DNA of 64,000 nucleotides, from positions 29,275 through 93,274 of the forward strand of contig JAUCBJ010001254.1 in the NCBI GenBank assembly GCA_032718475.1, written 5' to 3'. Position numbers and translations under genes: made by a program. The notes under the pieces are model-generated. The model saw nothing but the letters and a program-made list of their open reading frames with translations, did not search any database and was not told the DNA's origin. The DNA is from Nemertoderma westbladi (taxonomy: Eukaryota; Animalia; Xenacoelomorpha). Position 1 is the first letter of the stretch. Each line of letters opens with the position of its first letter. This document shows, piece after piece, positions 24,359 to 36,450 of this stretch.

Positions 24359-26727
24359 GCTTATGTGTACAGTTGAATGTCTACTGCTGTATTACAGTCT
24401 GAGCAAGTCTAGTAACTCAGTATTAACTGCTAGCCTAGTAATTAATTACCGGTACTGCTACTCAGTGTAGCGTGATATATATAATATATTAGAATACCGG
24501 TATGCTTATAGTATATATAACTATTATTACAGACTAGGTTTATCACAGAATACCGGTATAATTTTAGCACAAATATATATAAATATATAATAGGCCTATC
24601 GGAATACCGGTATACAGCTTACAGTTTGTAGTATATATAATTCTGGACTAGAATTAATTACAAGTACCGGTATAATTTCAGCCTAAATTTATAGAAATAA
24701 AGATAATAGGCCTATCGTAAATACCGGTATGCAGTTTACACTTATAGTGTATATATATAAGTATAATTACAAACTAGAATTAATTACAAGTACCGGTATA
24801 ATTTCAGCCGAAATTTATAGAAATAAAGATAATAGGCCTATCGTAAATACCGGTATATCAATTATTTTAAATAATTGAATTTCTGAATTTTAGGGTTACT
24901 TGGTTACTTTACTTACTTTATTACCGTTATTTGAGCAGTAATCCAACTGATATTGAGACCTAATGGTTGTATGGTAGGCCTACGATTTATAAATCGTTAG
25001 ATTTGATTTATAATATATATATACCCGTTTTAATGGGTGTAGTCAATGTTTGAAATAAATGTTATTATTTCTGGGGTAATTACTACACAAAGCGGTACGC
25101 TTTCAGTGAAGTGTTACGTATAGGACACTAAAACAAATGATTCTAATTTACCTAAGTTACTTAATACTACAAATTACGTACAATTCGGGTGAGATTACAA
25201 TCTCTAAATAAACACAAAAATTTACAAAAACACAAAATACGAATTTTTAGGGTAATTTTACAAGAAGTCTACAAACCAGTCTAACTAAGGGTTAGAATCT
25301 GGTTATTACAACGGACAGGGTACTACGGTATTTGAAATAATAAGTAGTAGTAAGTACACTGCGTTGTCCAGATAGGAAAATACCACCGCCTGACGACCTA
25401 TAGCCGTATCGCTATAGGTTCTACGTTATGTATCACGGAGTGTTCCTACCTAGAAGTTAATAGAGCTAATCGAACGTGCCTATCAACCACTTTACAACAC
25501 AAATATAATGTCTACACTAATTACTTCGGAAAGTACTGTACACTAAACCCTAAATTAGGTACGAGTACTTGTACAACATATAATCAGTAGTTAAATATAC
25601 TTGAACAGTTAAAAGAACCACGGCATCTGCTGGAGTGACCGATGCACAAAATCACCAGTCTTTACCTACGCCAAGCAGCCCGTGTAGTACCGGGGTTAAT
25701 TTAACTATAGCGGTATGTATAACAAACACAATTACTGTAGGAACAAACTTGGGGAATGAATGTTGCGAATAATCGCATAAACTCTGAATAATAAATATTA
25801 CGCTACGCGTACAAACTACTCAAACAAAATGCAGACCGAACACTGACAGACTACTATCAAGCCTAAACAAACTACGGTATATGCAGACTCCGAAATGATT
25901 AGGGAGTATGCGCTCTAACCCAGTAGTGCGACTTATTCTTTAGTTGGGGGTTTACCTTACAGCGTTCGCTGCCCCTACTTCCTAACCGTACTTAATCAGA
26001 CAAATGATCTACACACACTGCAGTCCGTTCAGACCTAATAACAGCCGGACAACTATCCAGCCTACAAATTATCTAAATAAAATTATACGCTACCCGTACA
26101 GACTTACACAAACAAAGTACAGACTAAACGATGGCAGACTACTCTCAAGCCTAAATAAACTACAGGACATGCAGACTCCGAAATGATTAGGGAGTATGCG
26201 TTCTAACCCAGTAGTACGACTTATTCTTTAGTTGGGGGTTTACCTTACAGCATTCGCTGCCCCTACTTCCTAACCGTACTTAATCGGACAGGTGATCTAC
26301 ACACACTGCAATCCGTTCAGACTTAACAGCAATCAGACAACAGCTCAGCCTACAAATCGTCTGTACAATCTGATCAGGTTTACACGCCTTCTGTTCAATA
26401 CTGACCTACAAATAAATAAAACTGACAGAAATAGGCCTAAGTAAAATCCCAATAAAAACCAGGCGTCCCCGATTAATTATTAAGACCTACCGGCATATAT
26501 AATCAAATCGAATAATACTGCTGTACTTGTACGGGAAGTACCGGTTAGGACAGTTAGGCCTACCGACCTACTGAAGTACCGGTTCTGGCAGTTGGACCTA
26601 CGGGCCTACGGCAGTACCGGTTCTGGCAGTTGGGCCTACTGACCTACAGATGGACCGTTCAGGTTTACCGGTTGACCGGTACTTTCAACTTTATTGCTTA
26701 CTGCAATAAAGAAGCTATATCCGTTAT

Positions 26728-27937
26728 TGTTCGCGCTTTCAGACCTTTGGCAGTTTAACCCGCCAAATTAGGATGTCTTCTAGATAATAAATCACCTTTA
26801 GCCTATGACAAGTATTTAATTCACTACACTAGTCGAAACCAATCTGTGCGCGATCATTCACCCGTTGGATATACCCGGGAGATTGGGTTCGACGGCTTAA
26901 TTTTATTGCTATGTAAGCCTAATGTATTATTCGACTGACAGTATTATATAATCTCTGACAATATTATTCACTTTCGGGAAATATTAACAGTTCCTTTAGG
27001 ACGTGGCGCTCTATTTATACAAACAGAGTTATGACTTAAACTACTCACAACGATATGGCTTAGTTATAATTCACATATATGGCGCATTCTTTAGGAAATG
27101 CTTCGTTATCAGTCTCACTCATACACAATGCTGCACAATACTGCACACTGATCTGCCGATCTTCACTGATTTTAGTCACATATAAAAGGAACACGGACCG
27201 AATCATGTAGGGTCTATCAAATAACATTAGATTCACTTCAAACCACTCAACATAGGTCGCAATCATTTATCTGTAACCTTTCTCTCTTACCTTCGGTATA
27301 TCAAGAATATTGGGTTTTCGGGGTTATTTGTCGTTATTCCAAATATAATAATTCATCAACCATATTATGAAGAACTGACAGTAAATAGCAGTATAACAAT
27401 ATAAAGTATGCACAGTGTTACACAGTATGCAGTGTATGCAGTACTGCAGTATGCAGTATGCAGTGATCAGACATCAGACATCAGATAACGGATATATGTC
27501 CTTATAATTAAGCCTACTAGTGTAGGACTAAAAACTGAAAACACGGAGGTGCCAAAAGCCGGTTCTTAGGCTCTGGGCAAAAAATAACACTGAACTACTG
27601 AGTTTCTGTATACACCTCTAACACAGAGACAACAAACGCTCTGATTGGTCAACCTGAACAACGAGAGAACAAATAAACAAAGAAACGTCGACGTGGCAAT
27701 ATCAGCTGCTAGCCGTCGTCATGGTAGCGACACTGTTTTCAAGAGTATCGAGCTTTTACGTCACGGAATTACGGATTATGTCCTCTAAAGTACAAATACC
27801 GAAGAAATAGCTTTTATGTCCGCTAAAACACCAGTACAGCAAGGACACGGCCTTTTTATGCCTGGTAAACCAACTACAGAGTATTTTACGGGAAAAATAA
27901 GGAAAAATAACCGGACAATTCAGCAAAAGCTTTTACA
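26728..27937 (-). repeat. 5' LTR of element B
   Basis: TGTAAAAGC...GCGCGAACA; a diverged homologue of the A LTR. Confidence 0.97.
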
Positions 27938-27942
27938 GCTTA

Positions 27943-28840
27943 AGATACCTAGATTCAACACAGACTACCCTGGAGTGCAAATACTCATCGGCCAAAATGC
28001 GCATGAGGCGCTTGAGACATTGGAGAAACGGCCTGCTCAACCGCAACCACTACAACTGGCCCTTCCCGTAGAACTTTCATGGAAAGGTTACCAAAAGAAC
28101 GGGTATACCAAGTAAGTGAATGGGAAGCGGAGAGCAGTGAGGTAGACGACCCAACTGAGGGAACACCATACTCCTCAGATAATGACGATATTAACTCCAA
28201 TGTAGATCAATGGAGACATTGCCCCGAGACGATTAATCTAGCCGACATCGCTTCCAGAGGAGCAACTCCTCAAGAACTGACAGATACTCCAGACTGGTTA
28301 GGTGGACCCTACTTCCTAAGTAAAGAAGATGAATGGCCTCCCCATCTTACCACGGCTGAGATTAGACAAGCCAAGGGAGCGGAGAAAGTCAAACCTAAAA
28401 CCCGGACGAGTAAATCAAGGTTATTTAAACCCGTGATAGATCTGTCTGTACTACACATTGCCAGGGACGACGCTGTGGATCTAAACTCCCCCACCGCGAA
28501 CCGATCTGTTGTGGAGATCAGAGAGAGAGACTGGAGATCTGGAACACCAGATGTCTCGCCGGGACTCTCACCTCTCCTGCCGGGAGCGATGGACCACTAT
28601 AGATCCTGGAATCGGCTTTGTAAGGCCGTCGTGTATTTGAAGCGATGTTTTTATCGTCACTATTCCAGGACGAAAAGGAAACCTGGAATTGTATTCGAAA
28701 CACAACAACTCAATCGCCCAGTTGGTCGTTTATGTTTACTGGAAAGAGACCGAGAACTGTCCGGAAACTATGGAAGGCAAGATACTCTTCCCACGACCAC
28801 CTTCCTAATCCAACAAACATCTAGGGACTCCCCAGCGTAA
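27943..28840 (+). pseudogene. 3' continuation of the element A polyprotein (protease end plus RNase H-distal remnant)
   Basis: KIPRFNTDYPGVQILIGQNAH continues the protease across the B insertion. QWRHCPETINLADIASRG...WLGGPYFL...EWP follows. Frameshift or deletion near 28060. Confidence 0.9.
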
Positions 28841-30473
28841 CAGCGTCTGGAGTGGGTGTGTGACTATATTTTATATTTGTTTTTATTATTTTATATTTAT
28901 GTATGTATTATTATGTAATTTTATTATAATCGTTTTCTTTAATTTTATTTAGTAGAAGGTTATTTTAGCTATTATTTAGTAGATTAGTGCCATATATATT
29001 CGCGTTTATTACTTAATTACTTATATATTATATATTTAGTGCGACGGCGAGAAATAATTATTTTTCTCTTTCCTTACTGTCCGTATTATATTATAAATAC
29101 GTGACTACAGTAAGATGAAATATCCGTACTTATTAAAGTACAATAAAGCTCCTACTATATTCAAGTATTATTGGTAAGTAGAGTATTAGGAATGCAAAAT
29201 TCAGATCCTCGTGTCTCGGCTAAACCAAGCTCTGGGTAGACCTTGGAAACGACTTGCCTCTTCTCACTGACATTGCTTCTTGCGATATTGCTCTCATACC
29301 GTATATTAAATAATACATATAGTAGCGTGATGTCCTTTTAACAGTAGCGTAAAACGCAAAATAAATCTGTTAAACCCTTTGACCATCTGTAATTCTAGTC
29401 GATTAAGATATCGCGGCACCCACCGATATACTTAAAAGACAAAATTCTAGAATCAGTGGTTAACGTCCCCAGACAAGTTCTGGAATAAACTGGTGCCCAT
29501 CCTAAATATTCACTATTAATATTTATAAAATCTGTCAAATTTTAGATCCTTTAAAATTCTAGTCTATTAAGATATCGTAGCACTTACCGATATTCTTAAA
29601 AAGACCAATTTCCTAGAATCAAGGATCCTAGTCCCCAGACATGTTCTGGAATAAAATTGTGTCTATTTAATATTAAATAATAAAATTTATGGGAATAAAT
29701 TTAAATTCATATTTTAATGAATTTGATAAATTGTCATTTTTATACAATTTATAACATTCCCGAAATTCCATAAATTAATAGATCATGGGAGCGGAGATTC
29801 ACCCTATTAAGTGTATTAGTGTGCGAGAATCTCCAATATATAGTCAATAGCCAATAAAATTCATAAAATCATGTATAAAGGGGATATTGACAATTAAAGA
29901 ATTACTATTAAATAGCATCCCAGATCTGTATGCATGAGAATTACCCTAATTCTACTGCTAGCTTTCCATAATGTCACCATGGCAACAACCACGCTAGAAT
30001 TAGAAGTGAGTTAAAAGAACAATAGAAAGCTTGCCCCATTGAATAGCATAGGGAGTAAATAGCACACTGCTAGTATCCAAGGATACATAATAATAACGTG
30101 GCATTCTGGAAGGCACTGACTAACGGACAAATGGCCCGAATGTGTACGGTTTGTGACAGTTGTGTGGAATTTGTGCGTTTATAGGTGAATGTTACTACTA
30201 AAGTGTGTTTACAGTAGCGAGTCGCAATTGTGAAAGTAGCCCTAACTCTCCAGTAAGAACCTGAAGTAAATCTAAGCCTATGGGACGGACGGTGGAGTGA
30301 CTCGCGCTGGTTGTTGTGGTCGTTGTGCAGCTACTACGTTGGCGATAGGCACATCGGCGAAAGTACACCAGCGCTGAGGATCTTGCGCTGTCCGGGGGCC
30401 GAGAGGGGTAGGCAGTGACACCCGCTAGCCTAATTATAACTAATTATAATATTGATAAACTCATATAGCAGCT

Positions 30474-30920
30474 ATGACTGAGTTGATAGAAGATGATCTT
30501 GGTATCAGGGAGAAATATACTCTACCGTTGCAAGCGTTTGTTGATAGCTTGATACGCAGCGACGCTAGTCCAACTACTATGGAGGACGATGGTCGTTATA
30601 TCGAACCGCCGATGTCCCAGGAGCAACTTACGCGTGAATTGGACTATCGAAAATTCACTGCTCGCTATACGCATCGTAATGGTACGCATATGGACTTCTT
30701 AAATACTGGTCATCCTATCGATTTACACGATACGGACGATGTCGACACCGAAAGGGAAATGGTACTATTTAAATATCCTACCCAGCGGAGTCGGAACAAT
30801 AAACTGAAAATCGAATGCGAAAATTCTATTCGAAATCGACTCGAAAGAGAAGACGTTAAAGAACCGGATAAACGCGGTAACTCCAACGTATATTTGGAAT
30901 TCTTGAGAGAAACATTGTAA
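30474..30920 (+). CDS. Small 3'-region ORF of element A (148 aa), unknown; possibly a decayed pol remnant
   Basis: ATG-initiated, with a homologue in B. DDGRY and M.D(F)L..GH only weakly recall the BEL RT N-terminus. Confidence 0.35.
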   Translation: MTELIEDDLGIREKYTLPLQAFVDSLIRSDASPTTMEDDGRYIEPPMSQEQLTRELDYRKFTARYTHRNGTHMDFLNTGHPIDLHDTDDVDTEREMVLFKYPTQRSRNNKLKIECENSIRNRLEREDVKEPDKRGNSNVYLEFLRETL

Positions 30921-31607
30921 AACCGAATAAATATCACCCACGTTTCCCCTACAAGACGTGCGTCTTTGGTATTATTGCGATGAGTGCCCAAGACCCAACC
31001 AACGAGCGGAAAGACGTGAACATCCGTAGAGACGTTGCTTTAAACACGGTTTTACTCGCTATATTTACGGGAGTTTCGAGCGAAACTTGTTCGATGTATC
31101 ACCTACGCTCATTCGATTCAAACGATCCTTAAATAAACCTATGATCAGAGTTCCGGAATACTTGGTCAGGCCTCCTCATTCCCTAGTTAGACTTCAGACT
31201 CTTGATCCTAATAGTATCACGGATCCTCCCAAACTGTACTCACTGTTCAAAGATCTAGTGTTACCCGAACAGTTAGTCGGTGGCACTCCGGTTGTGGGCT
31301 CCCTAAATATTCGCCCATCTTACCTAGCCGGATTGGGACACGGACATCTAATATCGCCATTCAATCGTATTATCGTCCTGGTTTAACCCGATACAACCTG
31401 TCACCGAGGCAGAGGAGAGAGTTGTACGAAACGCGTTGGACACTATTCTTCAAAAGATCGGAAAAGGAACCTACAATTGTTTAGAGAAATGTAAATTGCA
31501 GCAACAAGTCCAAGCGGTAAACGAATTAGCTTTATCTCAGTTCGATCAGGAAATCCAGAATCTCTAAGAAGATATCGAACCTGGATGGCTCTACTTTCTG
31601 CAAGAGT

Positions 31608-32024
31608 TTGGATAAATGTTTTCAACGACAAGCGGAGGAAAATCAGCTCGAGGAGAAGCATATCGATCCCGATAGAGCCCGAGAACGCAAGTTGGAAAGA
31701 ATCATCAAACCGAGGAAATTTCTCACTATACACAGTCCACCTACCGCTATCGTTCAGACGACCCGTCAGGGACCAGTAAGAGCTGCTGTCTCAAAACACG
31801 CTCTCAAGGTTGTTCGACCTCGTTCCACTGAGGTTGATACCGATCAACCGGGTACCTCGACCGGCGGATACACCGACCGTAACCCTAAACCTTCTGATGC
31901 AATTGTATTGCACCCTTCACCCAAGGGTTATAGCTCTCCTAGTAAAGTGGCTCGCCCCAAAGAGAAAAGGACTCTTGCTAGCCTCAAAAAACTGCGTAAA
32001 CGCCGTCCGCGCAAGAAAAACTAA
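31608..32024 (+). CDS. Small basic 3'-region ORF of element A (138 aa)
   Basis: ATG-initiated, ends KKLRKRRPRKKN about 80 bp before the 3' LTR. The B homologue (~17997-18221) has an internal deletion. Confidence 0.3.
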   Translation: MDKCFQRQAEENQLEEKHIDPDRARERKLERIIKPRKFLTIHSPPTAIVQTTRQGPVRAAVSKHALKVVRPRSTEVDTDQPGTSTGGYTDRNPKPSDAIVLHPSPKGYSSPSKVARPKEKRTLASLKKLRKRRPRKKN

Positions 32025-32102
32025 CTGTTTAGAGTATTTTTATATTTTAGAAACTGGGATTTTTTATATTTTATAGAATTAAATCCCATTTTCTGGGAGC
32101 GG

Positions 32103-33274
32103 TGTAAAGGCTTTTGCGGATCTAGCTAGTTATTTTCCCCACAAAGTACTCTGTAGGTGTTTTAACGGACATAAAAAGCCGTTTCCTTACTGTACCGGTG
32201 TTTTAGTGGACATAAAAAGCCATTTCTTCTGTATGTGTACTTTAGCGGACATAACTAGCGATTTTATGTCGCAATAAGCCAATAATCCTCTTGATACAGT
32301 GTAGTTACGATAACGACATCTATCAGCTGATATGTACACGTGTAATTTTTCCCTTGTTCTTTGTTCGGTCGACCAATCAGAGCGATTTTCTTTGTGTTGG
32401 ACAGTGCATATATAAACTCACGCAATTCAGTCAGTATGTATCTTTCTAAGCCCAGAACACCGGCTTAGGATTCTTCTGTACTTCTGTGGAAGTTTCAGAC
32501 TTTAGCCAAACATTAGAACGGCTTTGATCATAGAAACGTATAACTGTTATCCTGCCATACCTGGCATACCAGACTCACCTAACCTTTCACCGCATTATTT
32601 TACTGCTATTTGCTGTCGATTATTAATTGTTAGAAGTTGATTGATATGTTGTTATATTTGGAGAATATCGATGAATAATCATAAAACCCCAATCTTCTTG
32701 ATATATTGAAGGTTAGAGAGACCAGTTACATATAGCAATTGCGACTTACATTAAAGTGGTTTTGGAGTGAATCTAATGCTATTTAATAGGCCCTACATGT
32801 GTCAGTTGCTATTCTCCTTATGTATGATCAAATTCAGTGAAGGTCGGCAGATCAGTGTGCAGCAGTGTGAGGTAGTGTGCATGAGTGTGACAGGTAACAA
32901 AGCATTTCCTAAAGAATGCGCCTTATACGTAAATCATTAGCCATCCTGTTGTGCTTAGTGTAAGTCATAACTCTGTTTACATACTTAGAGCGCCACGTCC
33001 TAAAGGAACTGTTGATATTTCCCGAAAGTGAATAATATTTGTCAGAGATTATATATTAACGATCAATCGAATAATACAGTAGGCCTACACCGCAATAAGG
33101 TCAGAGCTTCCGAATCCAGTCTCCCGGGTATATCCAGCGGGTGAATGGTCGCGCATAGGCTGGCTTCGGCTAATGTAGTGTATCCAATACTCGTCATAGG
33201 CTAAAGTCGATTTATAACCTAGAAGACACCTAAATTTGGCAGGTTAAACTGCTAAAGGTCTGAAAGCGCGAACA
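32103..33274 (+). repeat. 3' LTR of element A
   Basis: TGTAAAGG...GCGCGAACA followed by TSD GGTTG. Confidence 0.95.
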
Positions 33275-33554
33275 GGTTGGCTGGAGACCTCGGTCCTCGA
33301 CTCACGTTCCTCTTCACCTCGTGCTCGTCCATTTTCATCCTCTCCAACCAAACCGCCATTCTTCAGCGAATCCGGTGTGGCGGGCCGGTAACACCTTATC
33401 GCCGCCTCCCGAATCGTTGCGTCTCTGTCACTGGGAGTGCGCTGCAGACTTCTTCCCTTCTCCGAACCCTGGGACGTTGTTGGTTAGCTCATTGTTGTTG
33501 GCATGATCTAAACTTGTTGTGGGTGTTAGTCACAATCTCGAAGTCGGTTTAAAC

Positions 33555-34182
33555 TGTGACGGGATCCGAGTTGGCGAGGGATCCCGCCCGGTGTGTGTTT
33601 CGTGGTTAATACGCGTCGCCGCATCCGCTAATGTGGTTCTCACTAAAGGCTTGGTGCTGAAAGGCCGAAGGCCAGTATAATAAAGTTCTGAGTTTTAGGG
33701 TAAACCCAATTATTGTTGTTAATAATCTCAGAAGTATGAGTACCGATAATATAGCACAATCAGTATTGCACAATAATAGCAGTTACAACGACGGTTTAAA
33801 CCGTTTAGCTTCCACCCTGAATAATAGCCAACTGAACCATAATTAACACTGGGTAACATATTTAGTTATATGGACATTACATGGGAGGTTACACACATTG
33901 CTTACTGTAATACCTACCAGTAAATGCGCGCTAATTGATGGTGTACCGCCCCGCTATTGGTTGGTTTACCTCCCCTAGCCACTCCCTGTCTTTCCTGGCC
34001 CTATGTCGGCTTCCCCTTGAGATGTGCTGGCATCTCTCTCTCTCTAGCTGGCAATGTATATTGCCTCGTTCCCTCTAGTATGCAATATTGCGTTGGGCAA
34101 TATTGCATATCTAATCGTGATTCGTAAATCACGACTTTCCCCATTCTCCGCTGGGTGGTGCAGCGGATTGGATCCGCTAACA
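33555..34182 (-). repeat. 5' LTR of element D
   Basis: Termini match the C LTR (plus strand TGTGACGGGATCC...GCTAACA). 33555-33858 aligns with 8487-8780. Confidence 0.85.
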
Positions 34183-34319
34183 CCAAATCCAGGTGCTATA
34201 TTTAAGGATTCAGCAATCAGCAGCCAACCAAATCTATCTACAAACAAAAATTAATCATATCCCCAAACTAACAAGATTAAGAATAAAAACCAAAACTGCA
34301 CCACTATCAACACCAATAT

Positions 34320-34600
34320 TAATATCATTACTTTCAATAGTCGGGGTTTATTAAATAATTATGAACTCATACAAGATCTTCTCAGGAAGATGTCCTTATG
34401 TCCTTATGGTGCAAGAGCACTGGCTGGATGGACAGGAAGCAATCAAGATATTTGGAGGACTACTAGATTGTATAATTTTATACCACCTCTATAGACCCTG
34501 ATTCCTAACTTTTTGGACAATCAACTACTGGATTTATAAGAGCTGGTGTTGCAATTTTCATCCGCAGAAATATAGTTGAGGAAGTTGAACAAGTGATAAG
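34320..34600 (+). pseudogene. Decayed LINE apurinic-like endonuclease N-terminus
   Basis: Broken frames give IITFNSRGL, VQEHWL and GVAIFIR, typical APE motifs. Confidence 0.65.
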
Positions 34601-34679
34601 TGGGGATAATTTCTAACACGTTTAAAATCCCTTCAGCAGCTCAATGGGAATGCAATTCCTTTTATAGTAGTAGACTGTG

Positions 34680-34768
34680 TCAGAATTGTCCGGGTCGGAA
34701 TTGTCCAGCTCGGAATTGTCCGGGTCGTAATTATCCTGGTCGAAATTGTCCGGGTCGGAATTGTCCTA
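34680..34768. repeat. 15-bp tandem repeat, about 6 copies
   Basis: Unit GGAATTGTCCGGGTC. Confidence 0.9.
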
Positions 34769-34770
34769 AC

Positions 34771-35160
34771 TTCGTCGATGACGTATTTAGCGTTGGCAGT
34801 AACGACACCACTGAGAAGCTGAGTGAAGTCAATGCCAAACATCCTAATCTCAAGTTTACCCTTGAGATGGAGGTAAAGAGCCGCTTGTCTTTTTTTGATT
34901 TGGTTGTCACACGGGTTAACTATGCTCTTTCAACAGCGTGGTATCGCAAGCCTTCAGATACTGGGCTCGTTCTCAATGCCACTGCGTATGTGTGTCCCTG
35001 AGTCTTACAAACGCGGTGTAGTTCGTGGTATATTCCATCATATCTTTAACGCCAGTAAGGGTGGGGATGGTTTCCAACTCTATACCGCTATTGGGGATGC
35101 TAAGAATATTCTTAGCAATAACCAATATACTGATACGATGGTCGAGCATGAGCTAGCCGT
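34771..35160 (+). pseudogene. Penelope-like element RT C-terminal fragment
   Basis: FVDDVF...HPNLKFTLEME...LSFFDLVV.R...TAWYRKPSDTG..L, continuing after a frameshift as PESYKRGVV. These match PLE RT motifs 5-7 and the thumb. Confidence 0.85.
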
Positions 35161-35964
35161 GGTTCAAGGCGCTAGGGGGCGTGCAATTAGTGGTTCTGGG
35201 GGCGAAGCACCAGCAGCTGTCCCCACCAAGGTCAGTGACCCGGTCGACCAGGCAGCTGCTGATGATTCAAAGAACTATCTGTGAGTTTGACTTGAGTTTG
35301 AGGTCAGGCAACCGATCTGTTTGTTTATACCCAGGTCTTGCACACGGCCAGTTCAACTGAAGTTTCAACTTAAACATTATACTATATTTGCTGATCACTT
35401 TTGCACGTCTTGCCGGAACTATAATTCGTGCTTATATTTTCAATTTAATCGTTATATTATACAGTATTTGCTGATCACTTTTGCACGTCTTGTTGTTTTT
35501 GGAGACTTACCTCACTAGCTTTCACCCCACCATGACGGCATACACTATTTCACCCAACCTTGACGACTTGAACTATAATTCGTGGAACATTTTCAATTCA
35601 AACATTACAATATATTTTCTACTCACTTTTGCACGTCTTACCGAGAACTATAAATTTTCAAGTTGGCAATATTATATTAGTATTTAGTTAATATTATTAT
35701 TAGTTATATTTTTGTTGACAACCTTTAAGACAGATTTCGATTCATAATTTGACACACTTATATAGTAGACCTTCATTACGTTCTTTGCTGTTGGAATTAT
35801 GTAATAATGCGGTCAAGGGAAAATGGAAATGCTCAATGGAAAGTACAACGTTATTCCCGTGCTCTGCCAGAAATGGCAACCATGCCTCAAAGAATAACTA
35901 TTATACAGTGTTGTAGAAACCCCGTATGCCTGGCTTGTTGTGGGTATTGTTGTGGGGTGAAGAC

Positions 35965-36080
35965 GGTGAATGAGCCGCTATCTGAATGGTTAGAGCGTTA
36001 GCTTTCCAACCCGGAGGTCTTATTTCGATCCCTTCTGGGCGTCATTGCCGATTTGCAAAGCTATGCCCAACAAACAAGTT
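35965..36080 (+). mobile_element. tRNA-derived SINE fragment
   Basis: GAATGGTTAGAGCG...TTCGATCCC; same family as 7540-7645. Confidence 0.65.
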
Positions 36081-36450
36081 CTAATATGAAACCGGCATTG
36101 TTATGGGTACCCACTTTTGAACATTTTTATTTGACCATGTTAATGGATATTATCATGATGTTTTTTGTTCTAGAACATACATTTCACCTTCTGATAGAGG
36201 TTAGCTATTATATTTAATTATATGGTAGCTAGTGTTTCTAAAGGTAGCTACTGTAGTGATCTTGACGTTACAAAAGAAAATTTGTAGTGCCCCTTTTATT
36301 TCGACAATTTCCATATCATCACTATATTCTCGAAATGACTAGTAAAAAGATAAATAAATCAATAATTTTTTTTGAATGCTATGGAAAAGATCAAGAAAAA
36401 ATATTATTAAACACGATAAGCACAGGTACTGTTCTGACAGAGTATAGTAA

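Larger units (their letters stand above)
16710..27937 (-). mobile_element. Element B: very young non-autonomous BEL/Pao LTR retrotransposon nested in A
   Basis: 1210-bp LTRs at 26728-27937 and 16710-17919 (TG...CA, about 2 differences seen). TSD GCTTA at 16705-16709 and 27938-27942. GGGAGCGG precedes the 3' LTR. One intact ORF. Confidence 0.97.
9182..33274 (+). mobile_element. Element A: non-autonomous BEL/Pao LTR retrotransposon (about 12.9 kb excluding nested element B)
   Basis: LTRs 9182-10358 and 32103-33274 differ at about 10 positions by eye. 5-bp TSD GGTTG at 9177-9181 and 33275-33279. Purine-rich GGGAGCGG precedes the 3' LTR. Broken gag-protease frame. Confidence 0.95.
8487..34182 (-). 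mobile_element. Element D: deleted BEL/Pao LTR retrotransposon related to element C; outer layer of the nest
   Basis: 5' LTR 33555-34182 (TGTTAGCGG...CCCGTCACA). Gag remnant 33280-33470 reads RTPSDRDATIREAAIRCYRPATP, matching C's RTPDEDLTIREAATKRYRPTTP. Gag resumes at 9176-8781, homologous to 49870-50250. A partial, diverged 3' LTR occupies 8487-8780. No matching TSD. Confidence 0.8.

Noticed and set aside
8487-33858. Single 25-kb element with ~300-bp LTRs and a TATT TSD
   Set aside because: The right LTR continues to 34182 (terminus matches the element C LTR), so the TATT match is coincidental and the region is a nest.
35255-35300. Hammerhead ribozyme after the Penelope fragment (CTGATGA)
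   Set aside because: No stem II followed by GAAA and no closing helices found.
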